DNA of 64,000 nucleotides from an uncultured Ignavibacteria bacterium (GTDB lineage Bacteria; Zixibacteria; MSB-5A5; WJJR01; JAJRUJ01): NCBI GenBank assembly GCA_964461835.1, contig CAYWVO010000006.1, positions 13,998 to 77,997 of the forward strand, read 5' to 3'. Shown piece by piece: positions 55,754 to 64,000 of this stretch (position 1 is its first letter; each line of letters starts with the position of its first letter). The notes under the pieces were generated by a model. It saw only the letters and a program-made list of their open reading frames with translations, ran no database searches and was not told where the DNA came from. The position numbers and the translations under genes were made by a program.

Positions 55754-58207
55754 ATGACGGACCTGAACAAATACGAAGTACCCTCCAAACAACTCCGCTG
55801 GAGTTGTGCTGAGGCAAGAGATGATATCTGTTCGACCGACGATGCCGACGCGTTGGGGGAGATTATTGGCCAGGAACGGGCAATTGAGGCGATCGAGCTC
55901 GGTCTGCGAGTCGAACAACCAGGATACAATGTCTTCGTGGTCGGATATTCCGGCACCGGCCGTACCACAACGATCAAACAGATGCTCAAAGAGATGGGAT
56001 TGCAGGGGGGCAAGATCCCCGATGATTTTTGTTATGTGAACAATTTTGCGAATGCGGACCGACCGCGGGTCCTGCGGTTCTCGGCGGGAATGGGCGCGAA
56101 GTTTCGCGATGAAATGAAAAACATGATCGAGCGTCTGCGGGAAGCGATTCCCGGGTTGATGGAATCCGATGAGATGCGCAACAAACGCAAAGAGATCATC
56201 GAAGAATTTGAACAAAAGCAAAAAGACCTCCTGCGGGAATTCGAAAAGGAAGTCAAAGAACGTGGCTTTACCATGACCCAGGTGCAGATGGGGAATATGG
56301 TGCGCCCCGACGTCGCCCCGGTAATCAGCGGGGAGCCCACCCAACTCAGTGAACTGGAGACCAAGACCGAGGCGGGTGAATTCCCCAAGGAACGGTATGA
56401 AGAATTAAAGAAGGCCTACGATGAACTTGCTGAGGGCATGGTCAAGGTGTTCAAGGCCACTCGCGCCAACCAGAAAGAGCTCCAGGAACAACTTGAACGA
56501 TTGAAAATCGACGCGGTCGGCCCGGTGGTGTTCGAAGGGATCGATTCGATTAAACAGGAGTTTAAGGCCGACGGGTTGGAGGAATATCTCTCGGAAGTTC
56601 ACGAGCATATCGTCAAGAACGTCCAGCATTTTCACGGTGAGTCTAAGGAGGAACCGAGTCCCCAGCAAATGATGATGGCCCGCGCGCAGCGGGACCCGTT
56701 TGCCGATTACGAAGTCAATGTCATTGTCGACAACAGTAAAACCAACGAACGTCCCATTGTTACCGAGGTGAATCCGAACTATAAAAACCTCTTCGGGACG
56801 ATTGAACGAGTGGTCGATCAACGCGGCTTCTGGCGGACCGATTTTTCCCGGATCAAAGCCGGCGCACTGCATCGCGCTAACGGCGGGTTTTTGGTGCTGG
56901 ATGCGATGGATGCCCTTACCGAACCAGGGGTCTGGCAGGGACTCAAACGCGCCCTGCGCAACAACAAGCTGGAGATGCAAGGCTACGATCCGTTCTCCAT
57001 GTTCTCCCAAAGCGCGCTCAAACCAGAGCCGATTGACCTTGAAGTGCAGGTCATTATGATCGGGATGCCGGAAATTTACTACCTGCTGTACCGCTTGGAT
57101 CCCGATTTCCAGAAGATTTTCAAAGTCAAGGCTGATTTCGATACAGTCATGCCAATGAACGAACAGAACATTCGCAAATACAACTCGTTTGCGCGCCGTT
57201 TAGTGGACGATTTCAACCTGATGCCGTTTACCGAAGAGGGCATGGGCGGCTTGGTCGAGTACGGAGTGCGGCTCGCGGGACGGCAGGATAAACTCTCCAC
57301 GCGGTTTAATGTCATCGCCGATATCATGCGAGAGGCTAACTACTGGGCCAAAGAAGCGGGCGATAAAGCGGTGGATAACGGGCATATCGAAAAGGCAATC
57401 GATAACTGGATCCGCCGCGTGTCGATGCCCGAGGATAAAATCAGCGAGCTGATCGACCGGGGCACGATTCTGATTGATACCGAAGGCGCCGAGGTGGGGC
57501 AGATTAACGGCCTGTCGGTATACAGCCTCGGCGAGTATATGTTCGGTAAACCAACACGAATTACGGCAAAGACCTCTGTGGGCACCAAGGGTATCATTAA
57601 TGTCGAGAAAGAGTCGCAACTCTCCGGCGCGACTCACAGCAAAGGTGTGTTGATTATCAACGGTTACCTGCAGGATAAATTCGCGCAGAATCGTCCGTTG
57701 TCAATGAATGCGAACCTGTGCTTTGAGCAATCGTACGGCGGAGTGGACGGCGACAGTGCGTCCTCGACTGAGATTTACGCGATTCTCTCGGCACTCTCGA
57801 AAGTGCCAATCCGCCAGGATATCGCGGTTACCGGCAGTGTAAACCAGAACGGCAAAATTCAGGCGATCGGCGGCGTGAACCAGAAAGTCGAAGGTTTCTT
57901 CAAGACCTGCAACGAACGCGGCCTGACCGGCAAACAGGGAGTGATGATCCCCAAAGCGAACGTGAAGGACCTGATGCTTCGCAAAGAAGTTACCGAGGCG
58001 GTCGACCAGGGGAAATTCCATATTTATGCAGTAGATACTATCGAGGACGGCATCGAAATCTTAACCGGCATGTCCGCCGGTGAGCCGCAGGAGGACGGGA
58101 CCTATCCCGAGGGCACGATGTTCCACCTGGTGGAGAAAAAGCTGGATATGTACGCCCGCGCCTACCAGAAATACAGCAAACCGGCCATCGACGAAGATAA
58201 GCAGTAG
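55754..58207 (+). CDS. Lon-related ATP-dependent protease (COG1067 / LonB-like; AAA+ N-terminus, S16 C-terminus)
   Basis: The N-terminus has IIGQERAIEAI and the P-loop VVGYSGTGRTT. The C-terminal S16 domain has DGDSASS (Ser) and KVEGF (Lys). Confidence 0.8.
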   Translation: MTDLNKYEVPSKQLRWSCAEARDDICSTDDADALGEIIGQERAIEAIELGLRVEQPGYNVFVVGYSGTGRTTTIKQMLKEMGLQGGKIPDDFCYVNNFANADRPRVLRFSAGMGAKFRDEMKNMIERLREAIPGLMESDEMRNKRKEIIEEFEQKQKDLLREFEKEVKERGFTMTQVQMGNMVRPDVAPVISGEPTQLSELETKTEAGEFPKERYEELKKAYDELAEGMVKVFKATRANQKELQEQLERLKIDAVGPVVFEGIDSIKQEFKADGLEEYLSEVHEHIVKNVQHFHGESKEEPSPQQMMMARAQRDPFADYEVNVIVDNSKTNERPIVTEVNPNYKNLFGTIERVVDQRGFWRTDFSRIKAGALHRANGGFLVLDAMDALTEPGVWQGLKRALRNNKLEMQGYDPFSMFSQSALKPEPIDLEVQVIMIGMPEIYYLLYRLDPDFQKIFKVKADFDTVMPMNEQNIRKYNSFARRLVDDFNLMPFTEEGMGGLVEYGVRLAGRQDKLSTRFNVIADIMREANYWAKEAGDKAVDNGHIEKAIDNWIRRVSMPEDKISELIDRGTILIDTEGAEVGQINGLSVYSLGEYMFGKPTRITAKTSVGTKGIINVEKESQLSGATHSKGVLIINGYLQDKFAQNRPLSMNANLCFEQSYGGVDGDSASSTEIYAILSALSKVPIRQDIAVTGSVNQNGKIQAIGGVNQKVEGFFKTCNERGLTGKQGVMIPKANVKDLMLRKEVTEAVDQGKFHIYAVDTIEDGIEILTGMSAGEPQEDGTYPEGTMFHLVEKKLDMYARAYQKYSKPAIDEDKQ

Positions 58208-58276
58208 CGCAGTTGTGTGGCACGGGCGTCTCGCCCGTGCGCAGGGGTAGGATGCCCATGCCACCAATTCATAATT

Positions 58277-58306
58277 TGTGCGTGGCAGGCCTTCAACCTG
58301 CCGTTC
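58277..58306 (+). repeat. Family-A hairpin repeat, copy A9
   Basis: tgtgcgtggcaggccttcaacctgccgttcc. Confidence 0.75.
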
Positions 58307-58334
58307 CGATCCCAGTGGGCAGTATCCTTCAATC

Positions 58335-58372
58335 ATGTCACCCCGGCCTTGAGCCGGGGTCCATTTTGGGAC
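58335..58372 (+). repeat. Family-C hairpin repeat, copy C4 with a compensatory stem change (ACCCCGGC / GCCGGGGT)
   Basis: atgtcaccccggccttgagccggggtccattttggg. Confidence 0.85.
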
Positions 58373-58411
58373 GGTGGGGGGACATTTATTTCTGCAACAC
58401 CAGCTTCGCCG

Positions 58412-58443
58412 GCCGGGTGGCCCTGACGTTCGTCAGGGTTTCT
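58412..58443 (+). repeat. Family-E hairpin repeat, copy E2
   Basis: gggtggccctgacgttcgtcagggtttctgg. Confidence 0.75.
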
Positions 58444-58476
58444 GGCACTGATCGAACAGCGCCTGAAACCCGGACA

Positions 58477-58506
58477 CATTCAGTGTGCGGCAGGCCTTTT
58501 GCCTGC
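58477..58506 (+). repeat. Family-A hairpin repeat, copy A10
   Basis: agtgtgcggcaggccttttgcctgcctgtt. Confidence 0.75.
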
Positions 58507-58541
58507 CTGTTACACCGGCTATGACAGACCCTCTCCCCGCG

Positions 58542-58575
58542 TCATTCCGGCCTTGAGTCGGAATCCAGGGGCGGG
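58542..58575 (+). repeat. Family-C hairpin repeat, copy C5 (ATTCCGGC / GTCGGAAT)
   Basis: gtcattccggccttgagtcggaatccaggggcggg. Confidence 0.75.
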
Positions 58576-58677
58576 TGATGGAGAGCCTGTCTGGAGGGCG
58601 CCAATACCCTTTGAATTTCAGTTATTTCTAGTATATTTATCCAAGTAGTCTGATTACTGAGCGCGACGCAGGTCATC

Positions 58678-61600
58678 ATGGATGTCGTATCACATCGGCG
58701 GTGGTCGTCGGCCGGGTGGTGGGTGAACCCGCGAAATGGCGTGTCCGTTGTGGGGATGGTGGTCCTGTGTTTGGCGCTCTTCGCTCCCACTCCTTGCGCC
58801 GAAGTGTCGGCGCAAACGGTCCGGGACAGCATCCCGGTCTCCCGCTGGATTGATTCGGAGGGCCGGGAACCGATAACGTATGACGAGTGGCGGGACAAGC
58901 AACCGCCAAAACGACCGTTCAAAATTACTGAAATTTCCCACTCTCAATCTAACAATTCAGTACTCGCAAAACCCTTCGACGCCGGAATTGGATTCGGTAT
59001 TTACGTAGACGCGGATTTGTATCCAGAGATTGAATTCGAATTGCAGCGCTATGCGATCGAGCTGACTGGCGAGGGGTTCGCACCAGAAATCTATACCGTA
59101 TCTGGCGGCACACCGGAAGATCTGCGTGCTCACATGCGAGAACGATACGAGGCAGGCATGGAAGGTTGTATACTGATCGGTGATTTGCCCGTTGCCTGGT
59201 TTGAGATCAATTCCGGCGAGTATGAAGAGTATCCTTCGGATATTTTCTTCATGGATGTCGATGGGGACTTTGTGGATGCTGACGGTGACGGACTGTACGA
59301 TACCCATCTAGGAACGTACAAATCGGATATTTGGGTCGGGCGTCTTACCGCTTCGACTTTGACATACAACGACGCTGACGAAACAACACTTATGAAGCAT
59401 TATTTCTTCATGAATCATCAATATCGGAGTGGATTGGCCCCATTGGAAAACAAGGCGTTGTTGTATATCGATGATGACTGGGCGAATTCCGGTGATTTCT
59501 TTCGATTCATGCTTTCCGAGTTATATGATTCAGTAGTCGTAGTGAACGATCCCTGGACTACCTGGGACTCCGACTACGAGCAGCGATTGACAGAAGGGTA
59601 TGAGCTCGTTCATCTCGATGCACACTCCACAGCATTTCACCATACATTTGAACGCGCACCGTATTCATTGGGCGAGACCGGCTTTGCAGAAATTGCGGAT
59701 CTCAATCCCAAGGTGCAATTTTGTCTTTTATCGGCTTGTTCCAGTGTCCGATTCGTTGAACGAAATTATATCGGAGGATGGTATGTATTTGGCGGGGACT
59801 GGGCGGTAGCAGCCATCGGAACTCCGAAACTGGGAGGATTCCCCGCAACGACCGAATTCGTACGTCCGTTTGCCCAAGGCAATCCCATCGGTAAGGGACT
59901 CATGGACTTCAACAATACATACACATCTTTGTCCGCTTACTCTGACCATCTCCTCATTGGTGATCCATCCCTTCAGATGAATGAGAATTCCTACGAGTAT
60001 TTAAGGTATGACAGCGATGACGTTCTCGATAATTACCCGCTGAATTATTACCCTTCACCCGGCTGGGATCCCTTTAGGACTCGATATACTGATTCGTGCA
60101 ATGTGCGATTCGACGCGCCGTGTGATGCTACGTTGGACGAGATTCATTTTGATGCTGGTATCAGAGAATATGGTCATGCTACTTTATTTATCTGGGAGAG
60201 TGATGGACATTACCCGACCAAACTCATCGATTCCATCTATGTGAATCCTGTCGAATCCGCGTTTGACCGAAAAGATATCTCGCATTTAGGCATCAGAGTC
60301 CAGAAAGGTGACATTTTTCATGTCGGAGTGGTTTCAAAAGATCATTATGAACTCGGCGACGTCATCATTTATGCACATCATGATTTGGATGGTATCTATG
60401 AGGACCGAAGTGTCGCTTTTGTTGACGGTAGATGGCAGACCCTTCAGGAGGCATTCGGAGTTGATGACAATCTTTCCATCCGCGTGTGCTATGATCCCGC
60501 TCCTGGTACCCGGCCCGAGATCACCCCGGTGGAACTGGCAAAGGGTCAAGTCGGCACCTACTACGAAGAGATGCTCTCGGTGAGTGGTGGCCAGCCACCC
60601 TACGATTGGAGTGTGATTGCGGGATCACTGCCGGACGGCATCGAGTTCAACACGGCTTCAGCATCGATTTCCGGCACACCGACCCTGGCCAGCACCGGGA
60701 CATATGTATTCACGGTGCAGGTAACCGACACCGACGATCCACCAAACACCGATATTCAGCATCTCCAGCTCTCCATTCCCTACTGCCAGGACAGCGACGG
60801 GGATGATTTCGGCGATCCCGAACAAACTGCCAATACCTGCCCGACCGATAACTGTCCGGACATATTCAATCCCCTGCAGGAAGATATCGACGGGGACGGG
60901 ATTGGTGACAGCTGTGAGGTGATTCGTTCGTGGCTGGTGAGTGCGGACGCGTCCGGCGATGCGCCGACAATTCAAGCGGCAATCGATTCCTGCACCAACG
61001 GCGATACGGTAGTGATCGGCGACGGCTACTTCACCGGCGTCGGCAACTCCGATTTTCAGCTCGGCGGACGGCAGATTTTGATCATGTCGCAGAACGGAGC
61101 GAATAATACTATTATCGATTGCGGCGGCAGCCCTACCTCTCCGCAACGCGCGTTCGAGTTTGTTTCCGGTGAGGATGCTGATTGCATTATTCGGGGCTTG
61201 ACGATCAAAGGCGGGTACGGCCCGGAGGCGAGTGGAACTTCCAGTGGCGGGGCGGTGTATCTGGAGGGTGTTTCTCCGACCTTCGCGGACTGCATCTTTG
61301 AGGAGAATGCGGCCACACTGGGTGGGGCAGTGTTCTGCCGCAACGCCGACCCGACCTTCATCGGCTGTTCATTCCTCGCCAATTCAGCCACCATCGGATC
61401 GGCCATTCTCGCACTCGACAATTCACAGATTACGCTGGAGCGCTGCCTGATTTCGCTCAACGAAGACAGTCAACCCGTAGGTTGCGCTAATGGCGGCACG
61501 ATCTCTGCGGCACGTTGCAATATCTTCGGCAACGAGGCCGGGGATTGGGACGGCTGTCTGGCTGATTTGTATCCGGGCTACGGCAATCTCTGCTACGATC

Positions 61601-62445
61601 CGCTGTTTTGCCCGGAATCGGCCGATCCATTGACCGTGGACGCGCTTTCGCCGTGCCTGCCGGAGCAGAATTCATTGCAGCAATGCATCGGGGCTAACGA
61701 GGAGGGGTGTCGGCATTGGCAGATGGTCGGCGAGGTGCACGTCTCAGATAAATTGCACGCTGGTATCAGACCGCTGCTGGGCAAGAAGAATACGGGTGTT
61801 CCAGAAACCGTCCCCGGACCGTCGCTGTATCGTTATCTTACGGCGACGTTCCTCTCATCTGTATCGATCCAGTCAGGGGACCAAGCAACCGTGTATCTCG
61901 CGCAAAACTCGGAGGGAATCTTCGAGACGGGTGTTCTACGAGAGGCAGTGGTCATTTCCGCCAGCGGAGAGCCGACCAGGCAAGCAGTCGTTGAAGTGAA
62001 ACTGGAGGAGGGTGACGCGGAATACTATCCACACCTTGGCCTTGAAGCCATCGGGGAGTGGAATCTTTTGGATGAATCCCGCCAGGTGATTGATTACCTT
62101 ACGCTCGATCCGGGGACAACCGGCGCTTCGGAGCGTCAGCCATTGGCAGCGGGCACCGAAATCCCGGAGAAATTTGCCCTCTTCGCCAACTATCCGAATC
62201 CGTTCAATGCCAGCACCGTCATTCAGTTTGCCCTGCCGCATGAGCAGCAGGTGGAAATCGCGATCTACGATATCCTGGGCCGCAAAGTAAAAGCACTTAC
62301 CAACGAGACGTTTCCCGCCGGCATACATACCATCACGTGGCATGGCACCGGCGATAGAAACACGCCTGCCCCCTCCGGTCTGTATTTCTGCAAACTCATC
62401 TCCCGCGATTATCAGGCGACGATGAAAATGGTGCTGTTAAAGTGA
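58678..62445 (+). CDS. Large secreted multidomain protein of 1255 aa with five regions: C25/clan-CD-like peptidase domain, putative-Ig (dystroglycan/cadherin-like) domain, thrombospondin-type-3-like Ca-binding repeats, right-handed beta-helix region, and a T9SS type-A C-terminal sorting domain
   Basis: It is paralogous to 33442-34962 over residues about 100-480. It contains QPPYDWSVIAGSLPDGIEF, the D-rich repeats DSDGDDFGD…DIDGDGIGD, and a parallel beta-helix region (IRGLTIKGGYG…). The C-terminus FALFANYPNPFNASTVIQF…IYDILGRKV…GLYFCKL is the T9SS sorting signature. Confidence 0.75.
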   Translation: MDVVSHRRWSSAGWWVNPRNGVSVVGMVVLCLALFAPTPCAEVSAQTVRDSIPVSRWIDSEGREPITYDEWRDKQPPKRPFKITEISHSQSNNSVLAKPFDAGIGFGIYVDADLYPEIEFELQRYAIELTGEGFAPEIYTVSGGTPEDLRAHMRERYEAGMEGCILIGDLPVAWFEINSGEYEEYPSDIFFMDVDGDFVDADGDGLYDTHLGTYKSDIWVGRLTASTLTYNDADETTLMKHYFFMNHQYRSGLAPLENKALLYIDDDWANSGDFFRFMLSELYDSVVVVNDPWTTWDSDYEQRLTEGYELVHLDAHSTAFHHTFERAPYSLGETGFAEIADLNPKVQFCLLSACSSVRFVERNYIGGWYVFGGDWAVAAIGTPKLGGFPATTEFVRPFAQGNPIGKGLMDFNNTYTSLSAYSDHLLIGDPSLQMNENSYEYLRYDSDDVLDNYPLNYYPSPGWDPFRTRYTDSCNVRFDAPCDATLDEIHFDAGIREYGHATLFIWESDGHYPTKLIDSIYVNPVESAFDRKDISHLGIRVQKGDIFHVGVVSKDHYELGDVIIYAHHDLDGIYEDRSVAFVDGRWQTLQEAFGVDDNLSIRVCYDPAPGTRPEITPVELAKGQVGTYYEEMLSVSGGQPPYDWSVIAGSLPDGIEFNTASASISGTPTLASTGTYVFTVQVTDTDDPPNTDIQHLQLSIPYCQDSDGDDFGDPEQTANTCPTDNCPDIFNPLQEDIDGDGIGDSCEVIRSWLVSADASGDAPTIQAAIDSCTNGDTVVIGDGYFTGVGNSDFQLGGRQILIMSQNGANNTIIDCGGSPTSPQRAFEFVSGEDADCIIRGLTIKGGYGPEASGTSSGGAVYLEGVSPTFADCIFEENAATLGGAVFCRNADPTFIGCSFLANSATIGSAILALDNSQITLERCLISLNEDSQPVGCANGGTISAARCNIFGNEAGDWDGCLADLYPGYGNLCYDPLFCPESADPLTVDALSPCLPEQNSLQQCIGANEEGCRHWQMVGEVHVSDKLHAGIRPLLGKKNTGVPETVPGPSLYRYLTATFLSSVSIQSGDQATVYLAQNSEGIFETGVLREAVVISASGEPTRQAVVEVKLEEGDAEYYPHLGLEAIGEWNLLDESRQVIDYLTLDPGTTGASERQPLAAGTEIPEKFALFANYPNPFNASTVIQFALPHEQQVEIAIYDILGRKVKALTNETFPAGIHTITWHGTGDRNTPAPSGLYFCKLISRDYQATMKMVLLK

Positions 62446-62490
62446 TTCAACTTGTCGCCCTCTGGACGGGTCTGAGACCCGCCCCTACGG

Positions 62491-62520
62491 CGATAACATG
62501 TACGCGGCAGACAGCCTGCC
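62491..62520 (+). repeat. Family-A hairpin repeat, copy A11, degenerate
   Basis: gtacgcggcagacagcctgcccgcggtgg. Confidence 0.5.
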
Positions 62521-62573
62521 CGCGGTGGCGGGTCCAGTTTGCCCCGGAGGTTGAATTTAGCAGAACCACCCCG

Positions 62574-62610
62574 TGTGTCACCCCAGCGCAGGCTGGGGTC
62601 CATTTTCCCC
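62574..62610 (+). repeat. Family-C hairpin repeat, copy C6 (ACCCCAGC-GCAG-GCTGGGGT)
   Basis: gtgtcaccccagcgcaggctggggtccattttcccc. Confidence 0.75.
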
Positions 62611-62739
62611 TTGCGAAGCAAGGGAGTGAGAACGCCGCATTCTCGTTTCACTGTCCCCAAAATCTAATCCCACGGCAAGCCGCGGGGCACCCGACTCCCT
62701 ATTTCCCTTGACACTCTCCGCTAAGCGGCTCTATCATCA

Positions 62740-63708
62740 TTGCCTATGAACATCCGAAAAACGACGGTCCTGCTCGTTTTAATTCTGAGCGCCATTTCCA
62801 CGTTGTATGTTCTCAAGGAGGTCATCTATCCGAACGTAGACCACCGGATCCGGTTCATGGACACGGTATTCGCTGGTGAGTCCGAACCGCCGTATCAGTA
62901 TCGTTTGCTCAAGCCGGTTATCGGGGAAAGTATCCGGTGGATTCTCAGTCCGGTTGCCACCGAGCACCAGTCCCATCTTCTGGCCTATACCACGATCGCT
63001 TTTGCCAATTTTGTCGGCGTGTTCTTTTTGTTCTATGTGTACCTGCGAAAATATTTTTCCCATCGTTCGTCGGTGATTGGTGTGCTGCTTTTGCAAATTG
63101 TCGTGCCGATTTCCATCACGGGAACGGTAATGATCGGCGATTTCATTACCGTGTTGTTTTATGTTGCGGGGCTGAATTTGATCGTCTATCGGAAAGACGC
63201 CTGGCTCCCGGCGATATTTTTCTTTGGCGCATTCAACCGAATACAAATCATTTTTTTGCTGGCGTTTTACGTTGCGTATCTGATCGATCAACGTGCGCTG
63301 CGTGACCGGCTGCCGATTATCGCCTATAGTATCCTGGCGTTCGCGGCGGGAGCGGCGATCCCGCGTCTGTATTTTGGACTGAAGCCGTCCCGCTTCACCA
63401 TTGCGCACCATCTGGCGAACAACAGTGACCCGATCAATCTGCTGCGCGATACCCTCCCACGCTGGTTGCCCCAGATCGCCGGTCTTGTGGTATTGGCGAT
63501 TTGGGGACTGCGGTACTGCAATCGATATTTTAGGCTCTCGCTGGCGGCGTTGCTGGTCTATCTGGGACTATTTGTATTAAAAGGCAATTTGTGGGAGACG
63601 GCGAAATTTCTTCCGGCGTTTTTGGTGTTGATACCGGTGTCCTTGTTCGTGCTTACGGGAGAACGTCTCACCGAGCGTGACCATGCGGTATCGCAGCCGA
63701 TCACTTGA
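62740..63708 (+). CDS. Hypothetical polytopic membrane protein
   Basis: Length 322 aa with roughly 9 TM helices. No recognisable catalytic motif. Possibly a glycosyl/mannosyl-transferase-like integral membrane protein. Confidence 0.4.
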   Translation: MPMNIRKTTVLLVLILSAISTLYVLKEVIYPNVDHRIRFMDTVFAGESEPPYQYRLLKPVIGESIRWILSPVATEHQSHLLAYTTIAFANFVGVFFLFYVYLRKYFSHRSSVIGVLLLQIVVPISITGTVMIGDFITVLFYVAGLNLIVYRKDAWLPAIFFFGAFNRIQIIFLLAFYVAYLIDQRALRDRLPIIAYSILAFAAGAAIPRLYFGLKPSRFTIAHHLANNSDPINLLRDTLPRWLPQIAGLVVLAIWGLRYCNRYFRLSLAALLVYLGLFVLKGNLWETAKFLPAFLVLIPVSLFVLTGERLTERDHAVSQPIT

Positions 63709-64000
63709 AAAATCCGGGCAGAGTCGGGCGACTCTACCCGGTCCGTCAGATGACGGGAGTGCAACGCTGGTGGTGGGGAAGTTATCTGGCTTGGGAAGAC
63801 CGCCTCATGTCTCCGCTTTTCAGCACACACCCCAGACGTTACCGCCGCTTTACTGTCCCCCCGCAGGGGCTCCCGGCAAAACCGATTTGCACAAATGGTT
63901 ATAGCAGGGGCTGTGCCGATATGCGTTCAACCAGCCACCAATCAAGTAATTTTATGGTACGTAAAGAGTTAGCAGCGATATCGAGCCGAGGAGAGATGTC

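Noticed and set aside
55754-58207. The BREX BrxL Lon-like protease
   Set aside because: No brxA/B/C, pglX or pglZ genes are nearby. The length (817 aa) and the GQERA N-terminus fit the COG1067 Lon-related protease better.

Overview
This is a roughly 58-60% GC bacterial chromosomal segment. The proteins carry both T9SS type-A C-terminal sorting domains and a PEP-CTERM/exosortase system, which points to an uncultivated FCB-superphylum-like lineage (Zixibacteria-, Gemmatimonadetes- or Latescibacteria-like). That taxonomic guess is inference only.

Main content, left to right:
- An exopolysaccharide/exosortase locus: two sugar-nucleotide epimerases, an exosortase, EpsI and a UbiA-family prenyltransferase.
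- A dissimilatory sulfur module, sat-aprB-aprA. It has a divergently transcribed QmoC-like FeS/heme-b membrane protein but no qmoAB. Downstream, in place of qmoAB, sit a zinc-ribbon mini-protein and a YkgJ-family CxxCxxCC protein.
- A low-GC Type II restriction-modification island: a PLD-family nuclease with an uncharacterised roughly 280-aa C-terminal domain, plus a gamma-type DNA methyltransferase.
- Housekeeping genes: def, trx, tRNA-Arg(ACG), a WrbA-like flavodoxin and two tandem FKBP isomerases.
- Many secreted hydrolases: an M14 carboxypeptidase, an S9 peptidase, a DUF1028 protein, and two paralogous C25/clan-CD-like peptidases (one ending in dockerin-like repeats, one in a T9SS sorting domain).
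- A substrate-binding protein, sensor kinase and sigma54 response regulator unit next to a PEP-CTERM substrate gene.
- A pilT gene translationally coupled to an MshEN/DUF4388 regulator.
- A low-GC DUF5131 (phage Gp37/Gp68) plus TcmP two-gene cassette, next to a Ser/Thr kinase, a DUF523/DUF1722 protein and a Lon-like (COG1067) protease.

The most unusual thing I can see directly is the intergenic space. At least eight intergenic regions are packed with mosaics of five or more families of 25-50 bp hairpin-forming dispersed repeats. These show compensatory stem substitutions and are mostly oriented co-directionally with the upstream gene. I found no CRISPR array, rRNA or transposase.
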